A stretch of 64,000 nt of DNA, taken from assembly GCF_964188315.1 (NCBI RefSeq), contig NC_135661.1, forward strand, positions 45,632,001-45,696,000, given 5' to 3'. Every line of letters starts with the position of its first letter. The stretch's first letter is position 1. Under the pieces are notes generated by a model. It was not told the DNA's origin, did not search any database, and saw only the letters and a list, made by a program, of their open reading frames with translations. The DNA is from Podarcis muralis. Taxonomy: Eukaryota. Positions 12,617-22,615 of the stretch are shown here, piece after piece. Position numbers and translations under genes: made by a program.

Positions 12617-15430
12617 GTCCTGGCCATGGAGCATGCCTGAAACTGGTAAGCCAGATGGAAGATATGCCAACCCTGTGATGATACCAGGTTGGGGAGACAG
12701 CAACATGTGTAATGCAGCCACTTTGAGGGTTTTTTCCCTACAATTGAGTGATATATAAATTTTATGAAATAATAATGGAGTTGCTACAGATAGCACAATC
12801 TGCAGGAATAAATCCCCCCCCCCCCATTCCACGTCCTCCTTTCTTCCTTCTCTGATGCTGTGGAGCAGTTTTAAACCCCCATCTGGAAGCTCCCTTGGTC
12901 TTTATTTCTGATGTGCTGATTACTTTATTCATCTTTTGAAGAGTTATATGGTCCCTTTCTTAGAGTGCAGATGCCACTGCTACTGAAATATACTGTGACT
13001 GAAGCACAGACTTCTGCATGAGCTGTCCTTTGTCCTCATCTAATTCCTACCTTATAAGGAAAGAAGTCTGATGGGGAAGTCCCTGATGTGATGGCATGTG
13101 AGGGAGATAGTGAAGGCAACATGGCACTTTTTAGCTGCCATAATGTGTATTTTGGCCCTCAGCTAACCAGACAGACAGCTGAACCTGCCATTACATGAAT
13201 CTCTGGTTTGGTGGCCAAGCAGTGGCCTGGGATGCCCTGGCTGAGGCTGCATTCTTCTCTGACACACACCAACACCAAAAGTATGGGATTGTCTTCATTG
13301 CAGTTGAGTGAAACGTGTTTGTGAACCATGTTGTTTAATCCAAATATGAATGAGACAGCTGAGATGGTCCTCTGAAAATCTGTCAGTAGCAAATGCCCGG
13401 GGGAGCACTAGAAAAAGGTGTGTGTGGAGAGAGGAAGGAAGGAGGGGGGCTCGGTTGCATCATTCTGCCTATGCAGCTTTTCCATGTCTTTTGAAAAGTT
13501 GCCTGTTCTGAATGACTTATACAATTTTCATGCTGCATTTGCCAACCAGTGCCTTATTTATCTAAAGCAATCAGTCTCTGCCCTCAGAAATCCAGGGTTC
13601 ACTTGCAGCCCTGAGTCAAGATCCAAAGAACTGCACAATTAGTAATGCACATCAACTAGTCTTCCATGTTTGTGTTTGTTGTACTTCTGTTTCCCCCTTT
13701 CCCCCATGCTCTGCTACAGACAGTTTTTGAACTTGGGAGTCTGCTATGACACAAGGGCCTCCGGTTCAAAGGGAGGAGCAATAAAATAAAAAACTCTCCC
13801 ACTGGGCACTTTCTAGCCTGGCACTGTTCTGTGGATCTCAGCTGTAGCATTTGTCCCCCACTAACAGAGACATAGCAAAGAATGTGAAGTGCATTAATTG
13901 ACTGAGGGTGGCTATCCGAAATAACCAGGTTTCTGGTTGGGCAGCCCCTGTGTTGAAAAATCCATTTGTCTCTGCTTTTCCATCACTCGGTCTTCTCTTC
14001 TGCTTCATCTTTGCTCGTCTGCCTCTGTGGCATGTAATGAAAGGTTGTTTATAAAGTTGGGGATTTCAAGCTTTCCACTTGCAGTGTACATTCTAGCCCA
14101 ACTCGTCTGCAAAGGAACCCTTCCCTGCTTGCCCACCAGAGAACCCCAGCACACTGCAGAGGATTCTGGGGCTTGTAGGGCATGCCCTGAGCAATGGCTG
14201 CTGGTTAGGCCTTGTTGGGTGTTGCCATTTAACCTGTACTAAAGTAGAATGCCTTAGAACACAACACACCTACTACTGGCTATGCATTGCTGGGAAAGAT
14301 TGGTAGTGACGGGCAAGCTGCCTATTGGGAAAGCTCGTTTGCCGCTACTGATTTTTCTCACTAATAAGTATTCAAAGAACCTCTGGGTTCTTGGAGTACA
14401 GTTTGAAAACCACTGTTTTAAATAAACAAGGCTGCAGTTCTATAGCCACTTACCTGGGAGTCAGCACCATTGAACTCAGTGGGACTTATTTCTGAGTAGA
14501 CATGCACAGGACTGCACTGTGTAAGACACACTGTCTCTGGCTAGTAGCAGGCTACTTTCCAAGCCGCCTGCGGTCTGGTGGCCTTTGGACTGGGGGGCGC
14601 CACCTCTTGGCCTCCACCTGCCCTTCTCTTCTCCCCTGTCCTGTGAATGGTTCACTTTTGACCCTGCAGTGCTTCTTGGAAGTCCTCCACTGCAGGTCTT
14701 AAGGACCTCGCTTTCACATTTCAGACATTCTCCCCCACCCCCTGCTCATCACACTCAAGTTGCCAAAAAAGATTGTTCCTAATCTCTCTCCCTGTTCTCC
14801 ATGGGACAGTGAGATTTTACTTTTTGTCTCAAGTATTCATGTCTGTGATTTTTGCCTTAGGTGCCTCTTTTATTTTTTACACTATGGAATCTCTACTTTT
14901 TTAGAGTGTGATTTGATACATGGCAATTAACCTGTAATGTTGAAATTAGTGTATAGAATTATTTATTTTGTGTATTCAGTCTGTTTTTAAATTTGTAAAA
15001 GTATTCTGTTTATTCAGTAAAGTGTTGATCCTCACTTAGTGGTCAGTGTATTTCATTTGGGGTGTGTGGTGTGGTGACTGCTTTATTGAATACATTGTCA
15101 ATGTCGTCATATTGGTTCCTTTATGTGCATTTTAGTGGATGCTCAGGCATGCTTTATGAAGGGAGCCCTCTCAGGATAGCAAACGTTCCTAATCTTTCCT
15201 CTGCTTTTCTTCTACCTGCATCTGTTTGATATTTCTCTTGGGATATCAATTACTTGCTGAGCACAGGATGGAGTACTGTATGTGCCCCCCCCCCCGGATG
15301 GAGACTGGAGCAAAGTGGTTTGTATGATGTGTATTTCAAAGGTATTTTTAATGACAATGAAAGACTGGAGAGTTATTATTACTATTATTATTTATTAAAT
15401 TGGTTAGCTTCCCAGCGGCATCTACCTAAC

Positions 15431-16444
15431 TCATTGTTGAAAATGGAACCTTGGTTCAATCCAGCAGAAATCACATGAGCTTTCCACTCCCCAGTAGAGT
15501 TCCAATACACAGCCACAAACTGAAAGTGTGAGGAGTTATGCCTGAGAAAATAGATGTTGTAATCCAAGTTTTCTTGTGTCCTCATCACATTTGCATGTGA
15601 ATCTATACCACCAGAGTTCAGACTGTTGTATTCTGTATCTGCACATGGAGGCAATTGGGATCTTCGTAGATGCTGTGTGGCGTGAGAAGCTAAGCTACAT
15701 GGATGGGTGCTTCATCTGAAAAAAAATGCTTAACACATGCTTTTGGAGAAAGATACTTTCAGCATAGTGCTTCCTCAGTATATCAGACTCTCTTTGAGTT
15801 AGCACTCTTACCTGGCAGGAGGAGGCGCCAGTCCCTGCAGCATATAGATCATAGATGTGGTGATACGGTTGCCCCAGTATTGCTGGCACTAGCTTACTGT
15901 CACCAGGGGTAGGTCCACCTGCTGTAGATTGGCAGCTGAGCCACTTGCTACTGAAACAAATCAACCTCAGGTAGGGAAAGGCTAGGCAAAGTGGTGCCTG
16001 GTGCCCATTCAGACTGATAGGGTGGAGGGCAGGAAGACTCAACCATAGGTGGAGCCAGAGCTAATGGCAAGGAGAGACAACTAACTTTGGCTTTGTCCAT
16101 ATTCTCCTGCCTGCTGAATTCTACAAGAACAACACAAAGAGTGCCATCCACTCTTATGTAGGGTGGGGCTCACCCCCCCCCCATTTTATTCATGTTGGCA
16201 CCCCTGGAAGCAGGGCCATTCCACTGGCTCTGCTGCAATACAAGCTCCCTCAGGCACCTTTCTCAACTGTGACCTGACTGCAGCTGCTTATCTTGTCTCT
16301 CCATCAGTCACTACCCAAGGAGAGGAAGGAAGCAGAAACCACGGGTGGTACAGACCTGATTTGGTGATAGGTACACTGGCATTACTCACCACAGATAGTG
16401 CCAAGCAGGTCTAGGTAGGCAGCAGCTGTCCACAGGAAAGCCAT
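15431..16444 (-). pseudogene. CTRL: Chymotrypsin-like protease (CTRL) pseudogene: exon 1 (16444-16390), exon 6 (15947-15812), probable decayed exon 7 (~15541-15431); exons 2-5 not recognisable
   Basis: Exon 1: ATG...MAFLWTAAAYLDLLGTICG|gtgagt, a chymotrypsinogen-type signal peptide (human CTRB1 MAFLWLLSCWALLGTTFG). Exon 6: tag|..SGSAANLQQVDLPLVTVS*CQQYWGNRITTSMI[+2 nt]YAAGTGASSCQ|gtaag versus human CTRL [38 protein letters not shown]; TAG at 15891-15889 and a 2-nt frameshift. Position tail-to-tail with PSKH1 matches CTRL synteny. Confidence 0.85.
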
Positions 16445-17388
16445 TTCAGTTAGTGCCCCAAGGGAACATCAGATCTCCTGGTACCCCTCATTCTATATGG
16501 GCTCCTCATCTGCACTAAGCAGCTTATTGGCAGCTGCACTTCTCTGTGTGTCCTTGAGCTGATAATAGCAGAAGGCCCAATTTAGCCTTGTGTTAGGTGC
16601 AGGTGCTGGACCAAAACACTTCCTCACCAGGACCCACAAAGCCTCCAACAGTATCTGTTCCCCATAACTTTCTCTTTATGAATGAGAAACACAACATTCA
16701 GAATTAGGTGTGTGGTTTTTAATTCCCGTGCTTATTGGCTCAGCTATAGAACTATCTGAATAAAAGTGGTGTTCTGTGCTCCACACATGTCCAAGTGGTG
16801 AGAGCTTGCCAGCACTGGGAAGAGAGATTGATTATTAAAACACTTTTAAGACTGCAGTTAAGTGAAAAGAAAGGGTTCTAACAAGTCAGTACCCTTAACA
16901 AATGACAGTTCCCAGGAGTTTTTGCTGAGAGCCATGGCTGTTAAGTGATATATCACTGCTTTAAATGTAAGGTGAAGGTGTAGCCAAAGGTGTCACTCCA
17001 AAGCAGCTCTTTTCACCCTAAAAAGCCATTGCATGTAATAGTGCAGTGCGACCACGACCAGGACATCAAAGCATACTGTAGTTCCTTCTCAACACTTTAG
17101 CAATTGAGTGTAATAGGCATGCATTCTCTGTTGGCGTGTGACTTGGAATAACAGAGTTTTTCCATATTTGTCTATTGCAAAACAGTTGGGAAGTCCTAGT
17201 TTGAGCAAAAGAGAGAGAAAAGAGGAAGCCACTTCAAAAGAAATGTTGGGTTCTTACCATTTTTGAAAATGTGGTAATTTATGTACAAACTGCATCAGTT
17301 TCAGTCATTTCCCTTTTGCACTAGAGCTCTACTTACACTCGTTCTCCGACACCTATTTGCAAAGGCTGAGCTCTGCAGGAGGCACAGG

Positions 17389-18387
17389 ATGGCTCTTCTC
17401 AACATCACAGACACACACTCGAGCAGCACGGTGGAAGAGGTGTCATGGGTAAAAGCCAGCTTGCTTCCAAGCCTCTTCCTTGGGGCTTGCTTCCTGGTTG
17501 GCATGCCTGGGAATTGTCTTGTAGTCTGGACGGTTCTTACTAAGTTCCCCCAGCGTTCCTTCACCATTATGCTCATCTTGAACTTGGCCTTGGCTGACTT
17601 AATGGTCATGTTGACAGCACCATTCTGGATCTACTATTTTCTCAACAGCTGGGTCTTTGGAAATGTCATGTGCAGACTTCTCCTCTACCTTGTCTACTTA
17701 ACTGTGTATGCCAGCATCTTCTTCATCACCCTGATGAGCCTGCACCGCTTTGCTGTTGTGGTCTTTCCATTCACTTCCCAAATGTGGCGGAGGCAACGTG
17801 TGATGTGCAGGACTTTGCTGGCCGTTTGGTTGCTGGCAGGTGTGTTTGCATGCCCAACTTTGATATCTGCATCAAGCCTGAACAAGGTTGGAGAGTGTAC
17901 AGATGAAATATATTTCTCAGATGAGCATCGCCTTGTGGTCAACATTCTGGAGACCTTATTTGCCTTCATCATCCCGTTTTCTATTCTCTCCATCTGCTAC
18001 TCCTGCATGATGAGAAGGATTCGGACACTGAGACGCTGCAAGGAAATGAAAACTGGGAAGCTGGTTGCAGCTGTGGTGGGTGCCTTCTTTGTGTGCTGTC
18101 TTCCTTACCACATCTTAAATCTCGTCATAATCTCTGCATTGTTGCTGAAATATGCTCAGCCGGAGAAGGCAAAGGCCTTGCTAGAGACAGCTGAAGCTCT
18201 AACAAACCTTCATGGGTCTGTAGCTTTTTTAAGCAGCTGCCTGAACCCCATCCTCTATGCTTTTGCTGCCCGGAGCTTCCGTGGGGGACTACGAGAGACC
18301 AATTTTGCCAAGTTATTTGCCAAAATGCATGAAGACACAGAGGAGAAATCTTCTAAGGACAATACTGTTTCAATGCAGGTTCTGTAA
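17389..18387 (+). CDS. Leukotriene B4 receptor-like class A GPCR, copy 1 (single coding exon, 332 aa; in-frame upstream ATG at 17281 would give 368 aa)
   Basis: 7 hydrophobic segments; GMPGNCLVVW, LNLALADLMVMLTAPF, YASIFFITLMSLHRF, YFSDEHR, LPYHILNL, AFLSSCLNPILYA, NFAKLF parallel BLT1 motifs (GLPGNSFVVW, LNLALADLAVLLTAPF, MYASVLLITAMSLDR, YPSEGHR, WLPYHVVNL, AFLSSSVNPVLYA, FVAKLL). N-glycosylation sequon NIT near the start. Confidence 0.9.
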   Translation: MALLNITDTHSSSTVEEVSWVKASLLPSLFLGACFLVGMPGNCLVVWTVLTKFPQRSFTIMLILNLALADLMVMLTAPFWIYYFLNSWVFGNVMCRLLLYLVYLTVYASIFFITLMSLHRFAVVVFPFTSQMWRRQRVMCRTLLAVWLLAGVFACPTLISASSLNKVGECTDEIYFSDEHRLVVNILETLFAFIIPFSILSICYSCMMRRIRTLRRCKEMKTGKLVAAVVGAFFVCCLPYHILNLVIISALLLKYAQPEKAKALLETAEALTNLHGSVAFLSSCLNPILYAFAARSFRGGLRETNFAKLFAKMHEDTEEKSSKDNTVSMQVL

Positions 18388-18964
18388 CTCCAGGGGAGAA
18401 AGGAGTAACTTTAGAATAAAATATTCCTCGTCTGATATGAGCATTTTCTGTAGATATTAATAAGCTAAGGAAGAACCTCAGAGGTTGCTTGGGTAAAATA
18501 AATGGATGTGAGACCCAAGGCAATGCTGTTGTGGCACCTGGCAATCTGAGGGAGTCCCAGATAGTTTTTGTGTGCAGCAACAACCTTATCTGTGGTTCAT
18601 TAGCTACTTTCCAATGTGGAGAACTCTTTATGTCTATCCTAGCCAAGCAATTTTCCTCCCTGTACCCAGGTCAACATATTCCGGGGGCATGTAGGTTGCA
18701 ATGACAGAGCTTCCGTACTTAGCATAAACATATGTTGCAAACCAGTTGAGTAGTCCTAGTTTGAGTACAAGAACAGAAAGGGGAAGCTCCCCTTCAAAAG
18801 CAATGTTTGGCTTTTACCAACATTTTGAGAAAATGTGGTAATGTACCTACATCATCTGCATCAGCCCCAGTCATTTCCTTTCTGCACTGGTGTTGTTATT
18901 TCACTCATTTTCTGACACCTATTTGCAAAGGCTGAGCTCTGCATTGGCTCCCCCCAATATTACA

Positions 18965-19942
18965 ATGATGTATGGGAACAACACGGTGACAGAGGTGTCA
19001 TGGGTGAAGGCCAGCTTGCTTCCAAGCCTCTTCCTTGGGGCTTGCTTCCTGGTTGGCATGCCTGGGAATGGTCTTGTGGTCTGGACGGTTCTTACCAAGT
19101 TCCCCCAGCGCTCCTTCACCATTAATGTCATCTTGAACTTGGCCTTGGCTGACTTAATGGTCATGTTGACAGCGCCATTCTGGATCTACTATTTTCTCAA
19201 CAGCTGGGTCTTTGGAAATGTCATGTGCAGACTTCTCATCTACCTCGTCTACTTAACTGTGTATGCCAGCATCTTCTTCATCACCCTCATGAGCCTGCAC
19301 CGCTTTGCTGTTGTGGTCTTTCCGTTCGCCTCCCAAATGTGGCGGAGGCCACATGTGGTGTGCAGGATGTTGCTGGCTGTTTGGTTGCTGGCAGGTGTCT
19401 TTGCATGCCCAACTCTGGTATCGGCATCGACCAAGAACAAGGCTGGAGAGTGTACAGATGATATGTATTTCTCGGATGAGCACCGCCTTGCAGTCAATGT
19501 TCTGGAGACCTTGTTTGCCTTCGTGATCCCGTTTTCTATTCTCTCCATCTGCTACTCCTGCATGATGAGGAGGATTCGGACACTGAGACGCCACAAGGAA
19601 ATGAAAACTGGGAAGCTGGTTGCAGCTGTGGTGGGTGCCTTCTTTGTGTGCTGGCTGCCTTACCACATCTTAAATCTCGTCATAATCTCTGCATTGTTGC
19701 TGAAATATGCTCAACCGGAGAAGGCAAAGGCCTTGCTAGAGACAACTGAAGCGCTAAACAACCTTCATGGGTCCGTATGCTTTTTAAGCAGCTGCCTGAA
19801 CCCCATCCTCTATGCTTTTGCTGCCCGGAGCTTCCGTGGGGGACTACGAGAGACCAATTTTGCCAAGTTATTTGCCAAAATGCAGGAAGACACAGAGCAG
19901 AAACTTACTAGAGAAGGTACTGCTTCAGTGCAGGCTCTGTAA
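18965..19942 (+). CDS. Leukotriene B4 receptor-like GPCR, copy 2 (325 aa from first ATG; about 90% identical to copy 1)
   Basis: Open frame 18890-19942; first ATG at 18965 (MMYGNNT...). About 33 substitutions against copy 1 over ~318 aligned residues by hand count; same motifs, with CWLPYH intact. Confidence 0.88.
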   Translation: MMYGNNTVTEVSWVKASLLPSLFLGACFLVGMPGNGLVVWTVLTKFPQRSFTINVILNLALADLMVMLTAPFWIYYFLNSWVFGNVMCRLLIYLVYLTVYASIFFITLMSLHRFAVVVFPFASQMWRRPHVVCRMLLAVWLLAGVFACPTLVSASTKNKAGECTDDMYFSDEHRLAVNVLETLFAFVIPFSILSICYSCMMRRIRTLRRHKEMKTGKLVAAVVGAFFVCWLPYHILNLVIISALLLKYAQPEKAKALLETTEALNNLHGSVCFLSSCLNPILYAFAARSFRGGLRETNFAKLFAKMQEDTEQKLTREGTASVQAL

Positions 19943-20334
19943 CTCCAGGGGAGTAAGGGGGTAACTTTAGACTAAAATATTCCTCCTCTGATACGAGCAT
20001 TTTCTGTATATATTAATAAACAAAGGAAGAACCTCAGAGGTTGCTGGGGTAAAATAATGGATGTGAGACCAAGGCAATGCTATTGTGGCACCTGGCAATC
20101 TGAGGGAGACCCAGAGAGTTTTTGTGTGCAGCAACAACCTTATCTGTGGTTCATTAGCAACTTTGGAATGTGAAGAACTCTTGACGTCTATTCTATCCAA
20201 AAAACTTTCCTACCTGTATCCAGGCTATTACCTGCTTACATTTTTGCTCTGCGCAGGACACCTCACAATATCTCCATGAAAGAACCGTGAGCCCTGGCTG
20301 CATTAAGATGTGCTACCTCTACTCAGTCCTTCTT

Positions 20335-20775
20335 AGGGATGGACAAATCTATCAATTTCAGTTTCTCCCACTTTCCCATTTTTTCAATCTTAAGTTCAGT
20401 TCTTCACATTTCCACATCAGTTATATATTTTTTTAAGTCCTCATGAATATTCATCAGCATTTTAGCGTGGATTTCTTTTAGTAACTACATTTTTGTATGC
20501 ATTTTAACCTGATATACACATTTTTGCAAAGCTATTTTCACCAATAAAATGCAGACTGGTGTTTTATTTTCACAAATATAAGCAATGATATGCACATTTT
20601 CATCTAGCACTTGCATTTTTGTACCTATTACATGGCTGAGGAACTGCATTGCAAAACTGGAAGAAGTGCAGATTTAAATGGCTGTGTTTCACTTCATGTA
20701 TTTTTTAAGAAAAATACAAATTAGGTAGGTTCATCTTTAAATATGAATGAATTGAATTTACCCCCCATCCCTAGT
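20335..20775. mobile_element. Non-autonomous DNA element, AT-rich family repeated in the window
   Basis: TAGGGATGG ... CCATCCCTA ends; internal ttaagttcagtt..cacatttccacatcagtt..catgaaaattca..cagcattttag shared with ~29220-29470 and (reverse) ~22800-23170, ~32460-32730. Confidence 0.55.
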
Positions 20776-21819
20776 TCTGCTGGCTACTTGGGTACCCAAG
20801 ATAGAAGATGCTCATGGCAGGTTCTTTCCCGAAGTTTTCCAGTGCTTACAATAATCAAGTCAACCTTCTGCTGGCAGAAATTGCTGCAGAACTGAAACTG
20901 CTGACCAGAGATATCACCTTGAAATATTATTGTGTCTACTGGGAATCTGTTTTGGCTATCCTGCTATCCCAGCATTCCTTTGCTAAAGCCCAAACTTTGA
21001 AAGTATTTTGAATAAGGGCACAGCTAGCAGCAATACTCTTACAATACTTAGGTTGAGTTAATTCATATATATATATATTTGTTTTTAAAATTTATTTTCA
21101 AACTGTGAAAATGCAAACATCAACTTTCTGGTTATCGTGCAAATTTATCACTGTTGATTGCAACAAGAATTTGAATGCCCCAACGGGGGTGGGGATGGAA
21201 TGGGAACTAATGCATGATAAAGTTATCATTCAGAAGTTAAATGGTTGGTGTTAAAAGGTTTGCAGTTTGTGCCTATCTATCTATATGTCACATAGATACA
21301 CAAACACATGGTACAGGGAGAGCAGCATGGGGCACCTAGTTATAACTAACTAATTATGTGACCCCTGAGCATCAAAGGCTTCTGCTGCTGCCGAAAATCC
21401 TCCAGATGGGGTATTATTGCTTGGTGATTTTTGCTAGGGTCAAGATTTAATTTTGGAGATGTATTATTCTGGGTGTTATTAGTCCTTATTAAAAATTATC
21501 AGTGGATTGTTTCATCTTATTGTATATTTATTAATAAGAGATGTTTTCATTAGCCTATATAACGATTTACATGTTGTTCTCTCTTGTAAATGCTCGTGAA
21601 TTATGTAAACTTTTTGAAGTTGTAAGCTGCTTTGAGCATGATCTATGATGAAAAAACAGCATACAAATAAACAATGATGACACATAGGAATGGCTGACAA
21701 CTTATTTTCTCTTCTTGGGTAGACCTCTGGGTATAGGGTGGTATATAAATTATAATGATGATGATGATAATAATAGCAGCTGAGATGATATGATGCCATC
21801 TTCAGGTAAATTCCACTTT

Positions 21820-22145
21820 ATTTTGCACTAGCTGGGCCCCACCTGGAATACTATGTCTAGTTTTGGATACTTTAAGAAGTATTTGTTTAAAAAACAGAAT
21901 AGGTTTAGAGGAGGGCAGTGCAGATGATCTATGAGACAGGAAACAAGTTGCTTGAGTAAAAGTTGAAGGAACTTGGTAAGTTTAGCATGGAAAAGACCTA
22001 CCAGCAGTGCTTTCCCCCCTGAAGGTTCTCAAGGGTACACAGTACTGGCACTTTTTTTTCTAGAAGAAAAGCACTGCCTACCAGGGACATATTAGCCGTC
22101 TTAAAATACCTGAAGATCTGACATTTCTTTGCTACCCCAGATTAG
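21820..22145 (+). mobile_element. Decayed CR1 fragment interrupted by a 72-bp hAT MITE (22005-22076)
   Basis: gggccccacctggaatactatgtctagttttgg...tttagaggagggca...gaaggaacttggtaagtttagcatggaaaag are CR1 RT-domain motifs; insert CAGTGCTTT...AAAAGCACTG flanked by exact 8-bp TSD cctaccag. Confidence 0.75.
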
Positions 22146-22578
22146 GGCTATGTACACATTAGTGCCTTAAAGTGCAGCAAGGGCATTTCCTCCCCCCCCC
22201 CCCCGCTGTGTTTCAAGTTGCATTTGTACTTGCTGTACCCACCAGAAAGTAAGTGGGGTGTCTTCACCCAATGTGCTTTACCTGCTTTGTTTCCCCATCC
22301 CTGAAACCCCTACAACTCCTATTCAAGGAAGCTGTTATCTGTGCATGCTGCACTTGGGGGCACTTTTCCTTATCGTTTTTCATGAGGCTGGTAGTGCTAA
22401 ATCCCTGAAGAGAAGGGACCACATGGAGATAACTAAGGGAACACTTTGGCCGAAAAAGGCACTGTGAGGAAGTGTGGTTTGTGTGGCAATTTTTGGAAAT
22501 GCAAGTTCCTGTTTTTGTGAAGCTGGCGAAAGAGCATAATTTCCTCTTACATTTTCAGACATGGAATCAGGGTGGTTG

Positions 22579-22580
<2 letters not shown>

Positions 22581-22611
<31 letters not shown>
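22581..22611. repeat. (GT)n microsatellite
   Basis: Direct reading. Confidence 0.95.

Positions 22612-22615
<4 letters not shown>

Noticed and set aside
14520-15100. Possible LTR-like segment (TGTAAG...TGTCA, AGTAAA near the end)
   Set aside because: No TSD or TATA identified; could equally be the distal PSKH1 3'UTR.
16030-16120. GEY-like motif and acceptor between CTRL exons 1 and 6 as a remnant of exon 2 or 4
   Set aside because: Similarity too short to separate from chance.
17301-19666. Antisense and alternate-frame ORFs repeated in both receptor copies
   Set aside because: By-products of the duplicated CDS and codon bias; no independent coding evidence.
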